Positions 23,817 through 33,906 of a DNA stretch of 64,000 bases are shown piece by piece. Under the pieces are notes generated by a model. The model did no database searches. It worked only from the letters and a program-made list of their open reading frames with translations, and was not told where the DNA came from. Within the stretch, counting starts at the first letter, position 1. Each line of letters begins with the position of its first letter. Origin of the DNA: an uncultured Endomicrobiia bacterium (GTDB taxonomy: Bacteria > Elusimicrobiota > Endomicrobiia > DTEH01). The position numbers were made by a program, and so were the translations under genes. The stretch is from positions 15,799 through 79,798 of the forward strand of contig CALFVX010000004.1 in assembly GCA_937928765.1 (NCBI GenBank), read 5' to 3'.

Positions 23817-24374
23817 ATGATCTTAAGCGATATTGAAATAAAAAATTATGTAGAAAAATATAAGATGATAGAACCTTTTGAAGACACTAGATTGTCAAAA
23901 TTAGAAAAAAGAATTTCTTGGGGTGTTTCTTCTTATGGATATGATTTAAGATTATCAGATGAGTTTATAGTTTTTCAAAAGGATTCTAGTGAAGTCATTG
24001 TAGATCCTAAAAACTTTGATATAAAAAAATTAAAAAAAATAAAATCACAATCTTATACTATTGCTGAGAATAATTTTGTGTTAGCAAGATCATTAGAATA
24101 TTTTAGAATTCCAAGAAATATTTTAGTTATTGTTTTTGGTAAATCAACTTATGCGCGATGCGGATTAATAGTAAACATTACACCACTTGAACCAGAATGG
24201 GAAGGATATATAACAATTTCTATAATAAACCCATTAAATCACAAAATTAAAATTTATTCAAATGAAGGTATTGCTCAAGCAGTTTTTTTAAAAGCAGATA
24301 AACTTTGCAAAATTTCTTATAAAGATAAACAAGGCAAATATCAAGCACAGAAAGATATAACTTTGCCAAAATAA
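23817..24374 (+). CDS. dcd: dCTP deaminase
   Basis: SSYGYDLRL, GKSTYARCGL and EGYITISI.N motifs. Confidence 0.87.
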   Translation: MILSDIEIKNYVEKYKMIEPFEDTRLSKLEKRISWGVSSYGYDLRLSDEFIVFQKDSSEVIVDPKNFDIKKLKKIKSQSYTIAENNFVLARSLEYFRIPRNILVIVFGKSTYARCGLIVNITPLEPEWEGYITISIINPLNHKIKIYSNEGIAQAVFLKADKLCKISYKDKQGKYQAQKDITLPK

Positions 24375-24402
24375 AAAAACTTAAACAGAGAAAATTAAAT
24401 TT

Positions 24403-24433
24403 GTAAGAGAAATTTAGAAAATGAAAAGAAAAT
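24403..24433 (+). repeat. Degenerate copy (j) of the purine-rich element
   Basis: gtaagagaaatttagaaaatgaaaagaaaat closely parallels copy b (gtgagaaatttagaaagtgaaaaat). Confidence 0.4.
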
Positions 24434-24555
24434 AAATTTAGTTGTTATTTTTACTTTTATTATTACCTATATTAATATTGGGTAAATTGTTTTATAATAA
24501 TAGATTTTAATAAAGAAGTTTAAAAGAAACTTTATTCTAGGGAGGATAAAAATAT

Positions 24556-25716
24556 ATGGCATTTTTTATAGGTAGGGATAAAGAAGTAAGACGAGCATAC
24601 GGATTTGACGAAGTTGCAATAGTTCCAGGCAGTTTAACTGTTGACCCAGAAGATACTGATATTTCAGTAGAACTGTGTGGACATAAACTGCAAGTTCCAA
24701 TTTTAGCTTCTGCGATGGACGGTGTTGTAGATCCTAAAATAGCAATAGAATTAGGCAAACTTGGTGCTTTAGGTGTATTAAATTTAGATGGTATTTATAC
24801 AAGATATAAAAATCCTTATGAACAAATTGAGAAGATTGTTTCTGCGCCAGATGATAAAGTTACTGAAATTATTCAACAAATATATAAAGAACCAGTAAAA
24901 GAAGAGTTAATATATGAAAGAATAAAAGAAATTAAAAAAGAAAATGTTTTATGTGCAGTTTCTACGATACCACAGAATGCACCAAAATATATCCAAATAG
25001 CAAAACAAGCAAAAGCAGATATTTTTGTTATTCAAGCAACTGTGGTTACTGTGAAACATTACTCATCTAGTTATGGTTGTGTTGATTTAGAAAAAATTTG
25101 TAAAGAAAGTGGTTTACCTGTGATTATTGGCAATTGTGTCACATATCAGGTTGCACTACAGCTTATGGAAATAGGAGCATCAGCAGTATTAGTAGGAGTT
25201 GGTCCTGGTGCTGCTTGTACTACAAGACAGGTTTTAGGTATAGGTGTTCCGCAGATAACTTCTACTGTAGATTGTGCAAGAGCAAGAGATTTTTATTTCA
25301 AAAAAACAGGTAAATATGTTCCTGTTATAACTGATGGTGGGATAATCACAAGCGGTGATATGTGCAAATCTTTTGTTGCAGGAGCAGACCTTGTAATGTT
25401 TGGTTCTGGTTTTGCAAAAGCAAAAGAAGCTCCTGGTAAGGGTTATCATTGGGGTATGGCTATGCCGCATTTTTATCTTCCTCGTGGAGCAAGAATTTAT
25501 GTTGGCACAACAGGAAGCTTAAAAGAGATTTTGTTGGGTCCTTCAAAAACAGACGATGGGACACAAAATTTTGTAGGTGCACTTAGGACTTGTATGGGCA
25601 ATGTTGGCGCAAGAAGAATTAAAGAACTGCAGCTAGCACAACTAATAATTGCACCTGAGATTAAAACTGAAGGTAAAAGATATCAAAAAGAGCAAAGAGT
25701 TGGTATGGGAAAATAA
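24556..25716 (+). CDS. IMP dehydrogenase family protein lacking the CBS pair (GuaB3-like)
   Basis: TIM-barrel IMPDH motifs, including GVGPGAACTTR with the catalytic-type Cys, and DGGI..SGD. GGGAGG RBS. Confidence 0.8.
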   Translation: MAFFIGRDKEVRRAYGFDEVAIVPGSLTVDPEDTDISVELCGHKLQVPILASAMDGVVDPKIAIELGKLGALGVLNLDGIYTRYKNPYEQIEKIVSAPDDKVTEIIQQIYKEPVKEELIYERIKEIKKENVLCAVSTIPQNAPKYIQIAKQAKADIFVIQATVVTVKHYSSSYGCVDLEKICKESGLPVIIGNCVTYQVALQLMEIGASAVLVGVGPGAACTTRQVLGIGVPQITSTVDCARARDFYFKKTGKYVPVITDGGIITSGDMCKSFVAGADLVMFGSGFAKAKEAPGKGYHWGMAMPHFYLPRGARIYVGTTGSLKEILLGPSKTDDGTQNFVGALRTCMGNVGARRIKELQLAQLIIAPEIKTEGKRYQKEQRVGMGK

Positions 25717-25731
25717 TCAAGTAGTTTAGGT

Positions 25732-27285
25732 ATGATAATAATTTTAGATTTTGGTTCACAGTATACACAACTTATAGCAAGAAGAATTAGAGAGTTTAAT
25801 GTATATTGTGAAATTCATCCTTATAATGTTGAAATAAAAACTTTTGATTTTAAAACTGTCAAAGGAATAATTTTTTCTGGTGGACCCGACAGTGTATATG
25901 AAAAAAACTCACCTAAAATAGATTTTTCTATTTTAAACTATTTCTTAGAAAATAAAATTCCGATACTTGGCATTTGTTATGGTATGCAACTTATCAGCTA
26001 TGTCTTAAAAGGAAGGGTTGAAAAAAGTAAAATTCATGAATATGGTCTTGCAAAAATTAAACAAACAAAAAAAAATATTTTGTTTTCTAATATACCAAAA
26101 GAGTCGGTTGTATGGATGAGTCACGGAGATACAATAGTAAACTTACCAGAGGGATTTTATACTACTGCAAAAACAGAGAACAATCTTATAGCTGCAGCAG
26201 AAAATTTTAAAAAAAATATATATATTTTACAATTTCATCCTGAAGTAAAACACACTGAATACGGAGTTGAAATTTTAAAAAATTTTGTTTTTAAAATTTG
26301 TAAAGAATTCCCAAATTGGAAAATGGAAAATTTTATTTCTAAATCAATTGATGAGATTAAAACTAAAGTTGGCAACAAACCTGTTATTTGTGCAATCTCT
26401 GGCGGTGTAGATTCGTCAGTTGCGTCAACTTTAGTCTACAAAGCAGTTGGTGAAAATTTACATTGTATTTTTGTAGACAACGGTTTGTTAAGGTATAAAG
26501 AAAGAGAAAAAGTTGAAAAAATATTTAGGCCTATATTTGGAAAAAATCTTTACATTGTTGATGCAGAAAAAATTTTTCTTTCAAAACTTATAGGTGTATT
26601 AGATCCTGAAAAAAAAAGAAAGATTATTGGTAAAACATTTATTAAAGTTTTTGAGCAACAAGCCAAAAAAATTGAACATAAAATAGGCAAAAGAATAGAA
26701 TTTTTGGTTCAAGGTACTCTTTATCCTGATGTTATAGAAAGTGTTTCAGTTAAAGGTCCATCAAAAACAATTAAAACACATCATAATGTAGGTGGGTTGC
26801 CAAAAAGGCTGAAATTCAAACTTGTTGAACCGCTAAAATTTTTGTTTAAAGACGAGGTAAGAAAACTTGGTGAAGAACTTGGTCTGCCAAAAGAGATTTT
26901 GTTAAGACATCCATTTCCTGGTCCTGGGCTGGCGGTAAGAATTATTGGTGAGGTTACAAAAAAAAGAACAGAACTTTTAAAAAAAGCAGATAAAATTATA
27001 GAGCAAGAAATAATAAAAGATGGATTTTATGAAAAAGTTTGGCAATGTTTTGGCGTTTTATTACCAATAAAAACTGTTGGTATTATGGGTGATAAAAGAA
27101 CTTATGAAAATGTTTTAGCAATAAGGTGTGTAGAATCACAAGATGCAATGACAGCTGATTGGGTAAAACTTCCATATGAGTTATTATCAAAACTTTCAAA
27201 CAGGATAATAAACGAAGTTCGTGGTATAAACCGTGTAGTTTATGATATATCTTCAAAACCACCTGCTACAATTGAATGGGAATAA
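25732..27285 (+). CDS. guaA: GMP synthase (glutamine-hydrolysing)
   Basis: GATase ([13 protein letters not shown]), PP-loop SGGVDSSV, C-terminal dimerisation domain ending ATIEWE. Confidence 0.93.
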   Translation: MIIILDFGSQYTQLIARRIREFNVYCEIHPYNVEIKTFDFKTVKGIIFSGGPDSVYEKNSPKIDFSILNYFLENKIPILGICYGMQLISYVLKGRVEKSKIHEYGLAKIKQTKKNILFSNIPKESVVWMSHGDTIVNLPEGFYTTAKTENNLIAAAENFKKNIYILQFHPEVKHTEYGVEILKNFVFKICKEFPNWKMENFISKSIDEIKTKVGNKPVICAISGGVDSSVASTLVYKAVGENLHCIFVDNGLLRYKEREKVEKIFRPIFGKNLYIVDAEKIFLSKLIGVLDPEKKRKIIGKTFIKVFEQQAKKIEHKIGKRIEFLVQGTLYPDVIESVSVKGPSKTIKTHHNVGGLPKRLKFKLVEPLKFLFKDEVRKLGEELGLPKEILLRHPFPGPGLAVRIIGEVTKKRTELLKKADKIIEQEIIKDGFYEKVWQCFGVLLPIKTVGIMGDKRTYENVLAIRCVESQDAMTADWVKLPYELLSKLSNRIINEVRGINRVVYDISSKPPATIEWE

Positions 27286-27329
27286 AATAATGTTTACATT
27301 ATTTTCCAAAAATGGAGGAAATTTTTAAT

Positions 27330-28754
27330 ATGAAAGAAAAAATTTTTAGAGAATATGACATTCGTGGAATTTATCCACAGGATATCAATAAAGATATTGC
27401 TTATAAAATTGCGTTGTCATTCTCAAAATATTTGATTCAACAAACAGGCAAAAAAGATGATGTTTGGATAATTGTTGGTATGGATGTGCGAAAAAGTTCG
27501 CCTGAGATTAAAGAAGGAGTTATTTCTGGTTTTGTAAATTCTGGAATAAATGTTATAGACATTGATACTGTACCAACACCAGTTTTATATTTTTCATTAT
27601 TTACAAAAATTGTTCCACCAAATGAAAAAACAAAACAAGTAGATGGTGGTGTAATGATCACAGCATCTCATAACCCACCTGAGTTTAATGGTATGAAACT
27701 TTGTGTTGGAACTTCTGCTTTGTATGGAGAAAAAATAAAGGAAATTTATAAAATAGCAATTAAAGAAAACTTTTTAATTTCTGACAAAAAAGGCAAAGTT
27801 GTAAAGTATGATATTATCTCTGATTATGTAAATTTTTTAACAGGGCATTTTTATAAACTAAAAAAATTATTTTCTGATTTTAAAAAACCGGTTTTTGCAG
27901 TTGATTGTGGCAATGGTACTGCAGGTATTGTGATAAAAAAAATATTAGATAATTTAGAAATAAAATATATACCTCTATTTTTCGAACCAGATGGAAATTT
28001 TCCTAACCATCATCCAGACCCTACGCTAAAAGAATATGTAAAAGAATTATCAAATGTAGTAAAACAAAAAAGACTTTTTTGTGGTATAGGTTATGATGGC
28101 GATGCAGACCGTCTTGGTGCTGTTGACAGTAAAGGTGAGATTGTTTTTGGTGATAAATTACTGTTGTTGTTTTCAAAGTATGTTATAAAAGAATTCGGAG
28201 TTAAACATAAACCAAAATTTATAGGAGAAGTTAAATGTTCACAAGTATTATTTGACGGGATAAAAAAATTGGGTGGCCAACCAATAATTTATAAAACAGG
28301 ACATTCGTTGATAAAAGAAAAAATGAAAAAAGAAAATGCACTTTTAGCAGGAGAAATGTCAGGCCATATGTTTTTTAACGATAAATATTTTGGTTTTGAT
28401 GATGCAATATATTCTTCTTTAAGATTGTTAGAAATTATTGGATTAGAAAAAAAATCGTTAGACAAAATTATAAGTTTTATACCTAAAACTTATACTACAG
28501 CTGAAATAAGAATTGAATCATCAGATGAAAAAAAGTTTGAAATTGTAGAAAAATTAAAACAAGAACTTAAAAAACAAAAGATTAAATTTATAGATATTGA
28601 TGGCGTAAGGATACAATTTTCTGATTACGGGTTTGGACTTTTAAGAGCCTCAAATACACAACCTGTTTTAGTTTTAAGGTTTGAAGCAAAAACACAAAAA
28701 TTGCTTCAACATCATAAAAATTTTGTAATGAACTTGTTAGAAAAAATAAAGTAA
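27330..28754 (+). CDS. Phosphomannomutase/phosphoglucomutase (alpha-D-phosphohexomutase family)
   Basis: TASHNPPEFNGMK active-site loop, GYDGDADRLG and GEMSGH motifs. ATG 27330 follows GGAGG; the track ORF starts at 27312. Confidence 0.87.
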   Translation: MKEKIFREYDIRGIYPQDINKDIAYKIALSFSKYLIQQTGKKDDVWIIVGMDVRKSSPEIKEGVISGFVNSGINVIDIDTVPTPVLYFSLFTKIVPPNEKTKQVDGGVMITASHNPPEFNGMKLCVGTSALYGEKIKEIYKIAIKENFLISDKKGKVVKYDIISDYVNFLTGHFYKLKKLFSDFKKPVFAVDCGNGTAGIVIKKILDNLEIKYIPLFFEPDGNFPNHHPDPTLKEYVKELSNVVKQKRLFCGIGYDGDADRLGAVDSKGEIVFGDKLLLLFSKYVIKEFGVKHKPKFIGEVKCSQVLFDGIKKLGGQPIIYKTGHSLIKEKMKKENALLAGEMSGHMFFNDKYFGFDDAIYSSLRLLEIIGLEKKSLDKIISFIPKTYTTAEIRIESSDEKKFEIVEKLKQELKKQKIKFIDIDGVRIQFSDYGFGLLRASNTQPVLVLRFEAKTQKLLQHHKNFVMNLLEKIK

Positions 28755-28761
28755 AAGATAT

Positions 28762-28796
28762 AATAGCCGACACCTTATTAAAAAGTGTCGGCTATT
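28762..28796. terminator. Bidirectional hairpin terminator between the convergent PMM and hsp20 genes
   Basis: Perfect 12-bp stem aatagccgacac / gtgtcggctatt with an 11-nt loop, flanked by A/T runs on both sides. Confidence 0.6.
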
Positions 28797-28840
28797 TATA
28801 AATTTTTAAGCATCTTCACGAATAAATAAAAAGCAGAGCA

Positions 28841-29296
28841 TTACTCAATCTCTACTTTGGTTGACTTTTCTTTTGCTTCTTTTGTTTTTGGCAGAGTTAA
28901 TTCTAAAACACCATTTGTGTACTTTGCTTTTATAGATTTTTTATCAACTTCAGATGGCAATCTTAGACTTCTTACAAACTCGCCATAAGATCTTTCTGCA
29001 TAGTAGTAATTTTTATCTTTCTTTTCTTGTTGTTGTTTTTTGGTAGCTTTTATAGTTATGACGTCGTTAGTTATATTTAAATCTATATCTTTTTTATCAA
29101 ATCCAGGAAGTTCTGCTTCTACGACATATTTGTCGTTATCTTCCCAAACATCTATCTTGGGAAGATTAACAGATTCTGTTGGTATATCTAAATCCCAATC
29201 TTCAAAAAATCTTTTTAATCTTTGTAGAGGTTTAAATGTTTGTTCAATAGTTTTTTCAAATTCGTCAATAGGTTTTAAGAATTTCATACTTATCAC
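28841..29296 (-). CDS. Small heat-shock protein (Hsp20/alpha-crystallin family)
   Basis: Alpha-crystallin domain (DVWEDNDKYVVEAELPGFDKKDI...GVLELTLPK). GGAGGTG RBS. Confidence 0.9.
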   Translation of the reverse strand: MISMKFLKPIDEFEKTIEQTFKPLQRLKRFFEDWDLDIPTESVNLPKIDVWEDNDKYVVEAELPGFDKKDIDLNITNDVITIKATKKQQQEKKDKNYYYAERSYGEFVRSLRLPSEVDKKSIKAKYTNGVLELTLPKTKEAKEKSTKVEIE

Positions 29297-29321
29297 CTCC
29301 TTTTAGTTAAAAATTTTTTAT

Positions 29322-29337
29322 ATTGGTGATCACCAAT
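29322..29337. promoter_or_regulatory. Perfect 16-bp palindrome in the hsp20 leader/operator region
   Basis: attggtgatcaccaat lies 26-41 nt upstream of the hsp20 ATG. Its AUCACC half is also complementary to the SD GGAGGUGAU. Confidence 0.35.
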
Positions 29338-29520
29338 GTTTTGGTTGTTTTTCCATAAGATATAGATGCAGAAAATTTCTTTAGGTTTCATTATTTGTGT
29401 TCATTTCCACAAGTTGATTTTTTGATAATAAATTTTATAAAATTACATCTCTATAAATTTCTGATTTTAAATTAAGAAGTTTTAGATAAATTAACAAAGC
29501 TAAATTTTTGGGAGGAATAT

Positions 29521-30108
29521 ATGATAAAATCTTTAACATATTCAGAATATTTAAGCCAAAAAATTTTAAAAATTTCAAATCCTGTAGAACAAATTTTTTA
29601 TACATTTACAATTTCAATTTTAGGCAATATTTTATTAATCTTATCTTCAAAAATAAATTTTAAAATACCATTTACAATGATACCTTTCACAATGCAAACT
29701 TTTGCAGTATTATTTTTATCAATGTTATTAGGAAGAAAAGTTTTATATGTTTTAAGTTTGTATCTTTTTGAAGGTATATTAGGGTTGCCGGTATTTTCGT
29801 ATGGAGGAGGAGTTTTATATATTGTAGGTCCTACAGGTGGGTATATTTTGGGTTTTTTTATTGCTGGATATATTTGTGCTTTGTTGGCAGAATACGGGTT
29901 TGACAGAAGTTTTATAAAAACATTTTTTTGTATGATTGTTGGAAATTTAATTATATATATTTTTGGCATTTTGTGGTTATTAAGATTTGTAAATTTTGAT
30001 TTTTTAAAAGTTTTACATATTGGTGTTATTCCTTTTATAATTAGTGATTTTATAAAGATTATTTTTGCATCATTAGTTTTACCTCTTGGATGGAAAATAA
30101 TAAAGTAA
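29521..30108 (+). CDS. bioY: Biotin transporter BioY (ECF S-component)
   Basis: Six TM segments with LGLPVFSYGGGVLYIVGPTGGYILGF signature. Confidence 0.85.
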   Translation: MIKSLTYSEYLSQKILKISNPVEQIFYTFTISILGNILLILSSKINFKIPFTMIPFTMQTFAVLFLSMLLGRKVLYVLSLYLFEGILGLPVFSYGGGVLYIVGPTGGYILGFFIAGYICALLAEYGFDRSFIKTFFCMIVGNLIIYIFGILWLLRFVNFDFLKVLHIGVIPFIISDFIKIIFASLVLPLGWKIIK

Positions 30109-30190
30109 AAATTTTGCTTATCAAAAGATTATTTTTTTAAAACTTTAACAGAACTTCAGTATTGTTGCTTTTCTTAAAATTTTTAAACAT

Positions 30191-33019
30191 ATGGATAAAA
30201 TAATAATTGTTGCTGCTAAAGAGCATAATTTAAAAAATATAAATCTTGAATTACCAAAAAACAAAATTATTGTTATTACAGGACTTTCAGGTTCAGGAAA
30301 ATCTTCACTTGCGTTTGATACAATATATGCTGAAGGACAAAGAAGATATGTTGAATCACTTTCTGCTTATGCAAGACAATTTTTGCCTTTAATGGACAAA
30401 CCAGAAGTTGATAAAATCGAAGGACTTTCTCCTGCAATATCAATTGAACAACGATCTCCTTCACATAATCCTCGTTCTACAGTAGGGACAACAACTGAAA
30501 TTTATGATTACTTAAGATTATTATATGCTCGTGTAGGAAAAACTTTTTGTCCTAATTGTGAAAACCATCCACAGATTTCTTCATCCTCTCCACAACAAAT
30601 TTTAGATGACATTTTAAAATCTTATAATGAACAAAAAATTGTAATATCTTCTCCTGTGGTAAGAGGAAGAATTGGTACTTATCAAGATTTGTTGGAAAAA
30701 ATTTTAAAGGAAGGATTTGTAAAAGTTAGAATTGACAACAAAATTTATGATTTAGATGAAACACCTATACAAAAAATAAAACTTGACAGATATAAGAAAC
30801 ATAATATTGATATCATAGTTGATACAATTACTGTTTCACTACAAAATAAATCTAGGATATTCGATTCCATAGAAATTGCATTAAAAAAATCGCAGGGTTT
30901 AGTTTTAATAATTGCTAAAGATAAAGAAAAAATTTTTTCTGAACATTTTACTTGTATAAATTGTGGTTATAGCATACCACAGCTTGAACCACGGATGTTT
31001 TCGTTTAATTCACCTTATGGTGCATGTCCATCCTGTCATGGTTTAGGACATAAACTTGAAATTGATCCAGAACTTGTTGTTCCTGACAAGAATATTTCTA
31101 TTTTAGATGGTGCAATAGAACCATTTTCTAATCCTATCACAACAAGAACTCATAGATGGAAATCTTCATGGAGAAATTATTATGAAGAAATTTTAGATGA
31201 AGTTGCAAAAAGACATAATATTGATCTTTCAAAACCGTTTAATAAATTGTCAAAAGAACAACAGAAAGTTATTCTATATGGAGACGATATTTTTGAAGGT
31301 GTGATAACTCATCTACAAAGAAGATATCAACAAACTGACTCTGAGTATGTAAAAGAAGAGATTTATAGCAAATATATAAGCAGAGTTGTTTGTCCTCTAT
31401 GTAAAGGTAAAAGATTAAAACAGGAAAGTTTATTTATAAAAATAAATACTAACATAGGATTTCTTAATATAGCAGAGATATCTTCTTTTTCAATTAAAGA
31501 ATTTAAAAATATTATAAACAAACTTGTACTTACAGAACAAGAACAAGAAATTGTAAAACCAATATTAAAAGAATTAAACCACAGAACAGATTTCTTACTT
31601 TCAGTTGGTATTGATTATATAACATTAGACAGAGAAACTTCCACACTTGCTGGTGGAGAAGCACAAAGGATACATCTTGCAACACAGATAGGTTCTGGAC
31701 TTACAGGCGTGCTTTATGTTCTAGATGAACCAACTGTAGGTCTTCATCCAAGAGACACACAGAGGTTGATTGATGCAATGAAATCTTTAAGAGATATTGG
31801 TAATACTTTAATTGTAGTTGAACATGACGAAAGTGTAATAAAACAATCTGACTGGATTGTAGATTTAGGTCCGTATGCAGGAATTCACGGTGGTGAAGTT
31901 GTAGTTTCAGCACCAACAAAATATGTTTTAGACAAAAATTTTAAAAATGAAAACTCTTTAACATTAAAATATTTGCGCAATGAATTAAAAATAGATGTTA
32001 ATAAACAGAAGCGTAAACCAAAAGGAAAATCTGTAAAGATTTTTTCTGCACAACAGTTTAATCTAAAAAATATAGATGTAGAATTTCCTTTAGGATTATT
32101 TATCTGTGTTACAGGAGTATCAGGTTCTGGTAAATCAACTTTAGTCAATGAAATTTTGTACAAAGCTTTAGCAAAAAAGCTGTACAATTCAAAAGAAGAA
32201 CCTGGCAAATTTAAAAAAATAGAAGGTTATGAATACATTGATAAAGTTATTATAGTTGACCAATCGCCGATAGGAAGGACTCCAAGGTCTAATCCTGCAA
32301 CTTATACTGGAGTTTTTACTTATATAAGAGAACTTTTTTCGCAAACACAAGAATCAAGAAGAAGAGGATATCTTCCAGGAAGATTTTCTTTTAATGTAAA
32401 AGGTGGAAGATGTGAAAATTGTCAAGGAGATGGTATGTTGAAGATAGAGATGCAATTTTTGCCTGATGTATATGTAAAATGTGATGTTTGTGGTGGGAAA
32501 AGATTTAACGAAGAAACTCTTAAGATAAAATATAAAGATAAAAATATTTATGAAGTTTTAGAGATGACTGTAGAAGAGGCACTAGAGTTTTTTAATAATA
32601 TCACAAAAATAAGAAGTATTTTGTCAGTTATAAACGATGTAGGTCTTGGATATATAAAACTTGGCCAGCCAGCGACAACACTTTCTGGCGGTGAAGCACA
32701 AAGAATTAAGTTAGCAGCAGAACTTTGTCATAGATCTACTGGAAAAACTTTGTATATTCTTGATGAGCCAACTACAGGATTACATTTTGCAGATGTAGAA
32801 AAACTTCTTAAAGTTTTACACAAACTTGTAGATTTAGGCAACACAGTTGTTGTAATTGAACACAACTTAGAAGTGATAAAAACCTCTGACTGGGTGATAG
32901 ATTTAGGTCCTGAAGGAGGCCAAGAAGGTGGATATGTAGTTTATCAAGGAGAATTTGAAAATTTTTTAAAAATACAAAATTCTTACACAGCAAAATATCT
33001 TTTAGAAAAATTAAGATAA
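30191..33019 (+). CDS. uvrA: Excinuclease ABC subunit A
   Basis: Two ABC modules (GLSGSGKSS, GVSGSGKST), zinc-finger cysteines and LSGGEAQRI signatures. Confidence 0.95.
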   Translation: MDKIIIVAAKEHNLKNINLELPKNKIIVITGLSGSGKSSLAFDTIYAEGQRRYVESLSAYARQFLPLMDKPEVDKIEGLSPAISIEQRSPSHNPRSTVGTTTEIYDYLRLLYARVGKTFCPNCENHPQISSSSPQQILDDILKSYNEQKIVISSPVVRGRIGTYQDLLEKILKEGFVKVRIDNKIYDLDETPIQKIKLDRYKKHNIDIIVDTITVSLQNKSRIFDSIEIALKKSQGLVLIIAKDKEKIFSEHFTCINCGYSIPQLEPRMFSFNSPYGACPSCHGLGHKLEIDPELVVPDKNISILDGAIEPFSNPITTRTHRWKSSWRNYYEEILDEVAKRHNIDLSKPFNKLSKEQQKVILYGDDIFEGVITHLQRRYQQTDSEYVKEEIYSKYISRVVCPLCKGKRLKQESLFIKINTNIGFLNIAEISSFSIKEFKNIINKLVLTEQEQEIVKPILKELNHRTDFLLSVGIDYITLDRETSTLAGGEAQRIHLATQIGSGLTGVLYVLDEPTVGLHPRDTQRLIDAMKSLRDIGNTLIVVEHDESVIKQSDWIVDLGPYAGIHGGEVVVSAPTKYVLDKNFKNENSLTLKYLRNELKIDVNKQKRKPKGKSVKIFSAQQFNLKNIDVEFPLGLFICVTGVSGSGKSTLVNEILYKALAKKLYNSKEEPGKFKKIEGYEYIDKVIIVDQSPIGRTPRSNPATYTGVFTYIRELFSQTQESRRRGYLPGRFSFNVKGGRCENCQGDGMLKIEMQFLPDVYVKCDVCGGKRFNEETLKIKYKDKNIYEVLEMTVEEALEFFNNITKIRSILSVINDVGLGYIKLGQPATTLSGGEAQRIKLAAELCHRSTGKTLYILDEPTTGLHFADVEKLLKVLHKLVDLGNTVVVIEHNLEVIKTSDWVIDLGPEGGQEGGYVVYQGEFENFLKIQNSYTAKYLLEKLR

Positions 33020-33076
33020 AAAATTATAAATTTTCTGAATATAAAAATTTTTATTAAAAAATTTTAAAAAATTCTG

Positions 33077-33105
33077 TTGACAAATTTACATTTTGTGTAT
33101 ATATA
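33077..33105 (+). promoter_or_regulatory. Candidate sigma70-type promoter in the 600-bp gene-free region
   Basis: TTGACA (33077-33082), 17-nt spacer, TATATA (33100-33105). Confidence 0.4.
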
Positions 33106-33206
33106 TAAAAAATGAAAATGTTCTTTGAGAAAAAAATTTTAAAAAATTAATTTTAAAAAATTTCTAAAGTAACTACTAGATGAGAATTTGTAGAAATGTT
33201 AAATTT

Positions 33207-33361
33207 GGGACCGGGGAATAAAACCTGTGTGGCTGGAGAGCCCATTATAAATTTTCTTCCCTGGTCCAATAAAAAATTTTGGCCAGGGGACAAAACTAAC
33301 CCTTAAGCCGGGTAGGCTTTTGATAAAAAAGTTAGTATCCATTTGTTCCCTGGCCATTTTT
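33207..33361 (+). ncRNA. Candidate structured sRNA core: two tandem, related GC-rich hairpins, the second followed by U5
   Basis: H1 is 33208-33218 / 33257-33267 (11 bp, apical GGCU-GGAG-AGCC). H2 is 33280-33294 / 33342-33356 (15 bp), plus ACTAAC/GTTAGT and apical AAGCC-GGGUA-GGCUU, then TTTTT at 33357-33361. It is a GC island in AT-rich DNA, about 95 nt downstream of the promoter. Confidence 0.45.
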
Positions 33362-33621
33362 GTATCTATTGACTTTATAAAAAAAATTTTGTATTAGATA
33401 AATTAGTGAAAGTAATTAATTTTAAACCAAATTCTTCCAAATATGATTTAATTTTTCCTACATTTTTCTTTTTTCTATTTAAAAAAATTAATCCTAATTT
33501 AGAAACTTCAATTTTACACAAAATTTTCCCCATTCAATTTTTTTTCAAATAAATTTGTGTTGCTTGTTATGTTTTTCTTTGAATTTTTTTCTTTAATTTT
33601 TAGTATTAGATAAAATAAAAT

Positions 33622-33867
33622 ATGAAACTGAAAAGAAAAACAATTTTTTTAGGAATGTTGTGTATAGTAGTTTTGCCAGGATTGATTTTTGGTCAAACAG
33701 GACAACCAGTTAATAGCTGGGTTTGGGTAACTTCCGCACCATTAGCTGCAGCGTCTGGTGTTGCTGTTTGCTGCTACTTTATTTCCTTGACCCCACAACA
33801 ACGGCTTGACATCCTTCAGTATTTAAGAGAACAGTTCTATAAGATAAAAGAGATAAAAGGAGGTTGA
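33622..33867 (+). pseudogene. Truncated paralog of the N-terminus of the giant surface protein, fused to unrelated sequence
   Basis: First ~52 aa (signal peptide + GQTGQPVNSWVWVTSAP...GVAVCCY) parallel aa 1-55 of the 34826 ORF (AQTGQAINSWVQLTTAP...GVCVVYV). It then diverges and stops. Confidence 0.5.
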
Positions 33868-33906
33868 ACAAAAAATTTGTATAACAGGAAATTTTAGAGA
33901 AATTGA

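Noticed and set aside
24375-24555. Purine riboswitch or T-box upstream of the guaB-like/guaA operon
   Set aside because: No conserved purine-aptamer junction sequences or specifier/T-box motifs are visible. Only a degenerate copy of the purine-rich repeat and trivial AT hairpins are present.
33112-33150. Mini-ORF MKMFFEKKILKN just after the candidate promoter (possible leader peptide)
   Set aside because: No Shine-Dalgarno sequence, and the composition is just the local AT-rich background. No supporting evidence.
33231-33242. GGCUGGAGAGCC in hairpin H1 recalls the CUCUGGAGAG core of glycine riboswitches, which also come as tandem aptamers
   Set aside because: The other conserved glycine-aptamer elements (ACCGAAGGGGCAA, CUCAGGCAAAAGGAC) are absent. 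The helices do not fit the aptamer architecture, and no glycine-metabolism gene follows.
33391-33613. 12-nt direct repeat gtattagataaa at 33391-33402 and 33602-33613
   Set aside because: It is a single pair of short AT-rich words in very AT-rich DNA, with no associated inverted repeats or ORF. I cannot distinguish it from chance without genome-wide statistics.
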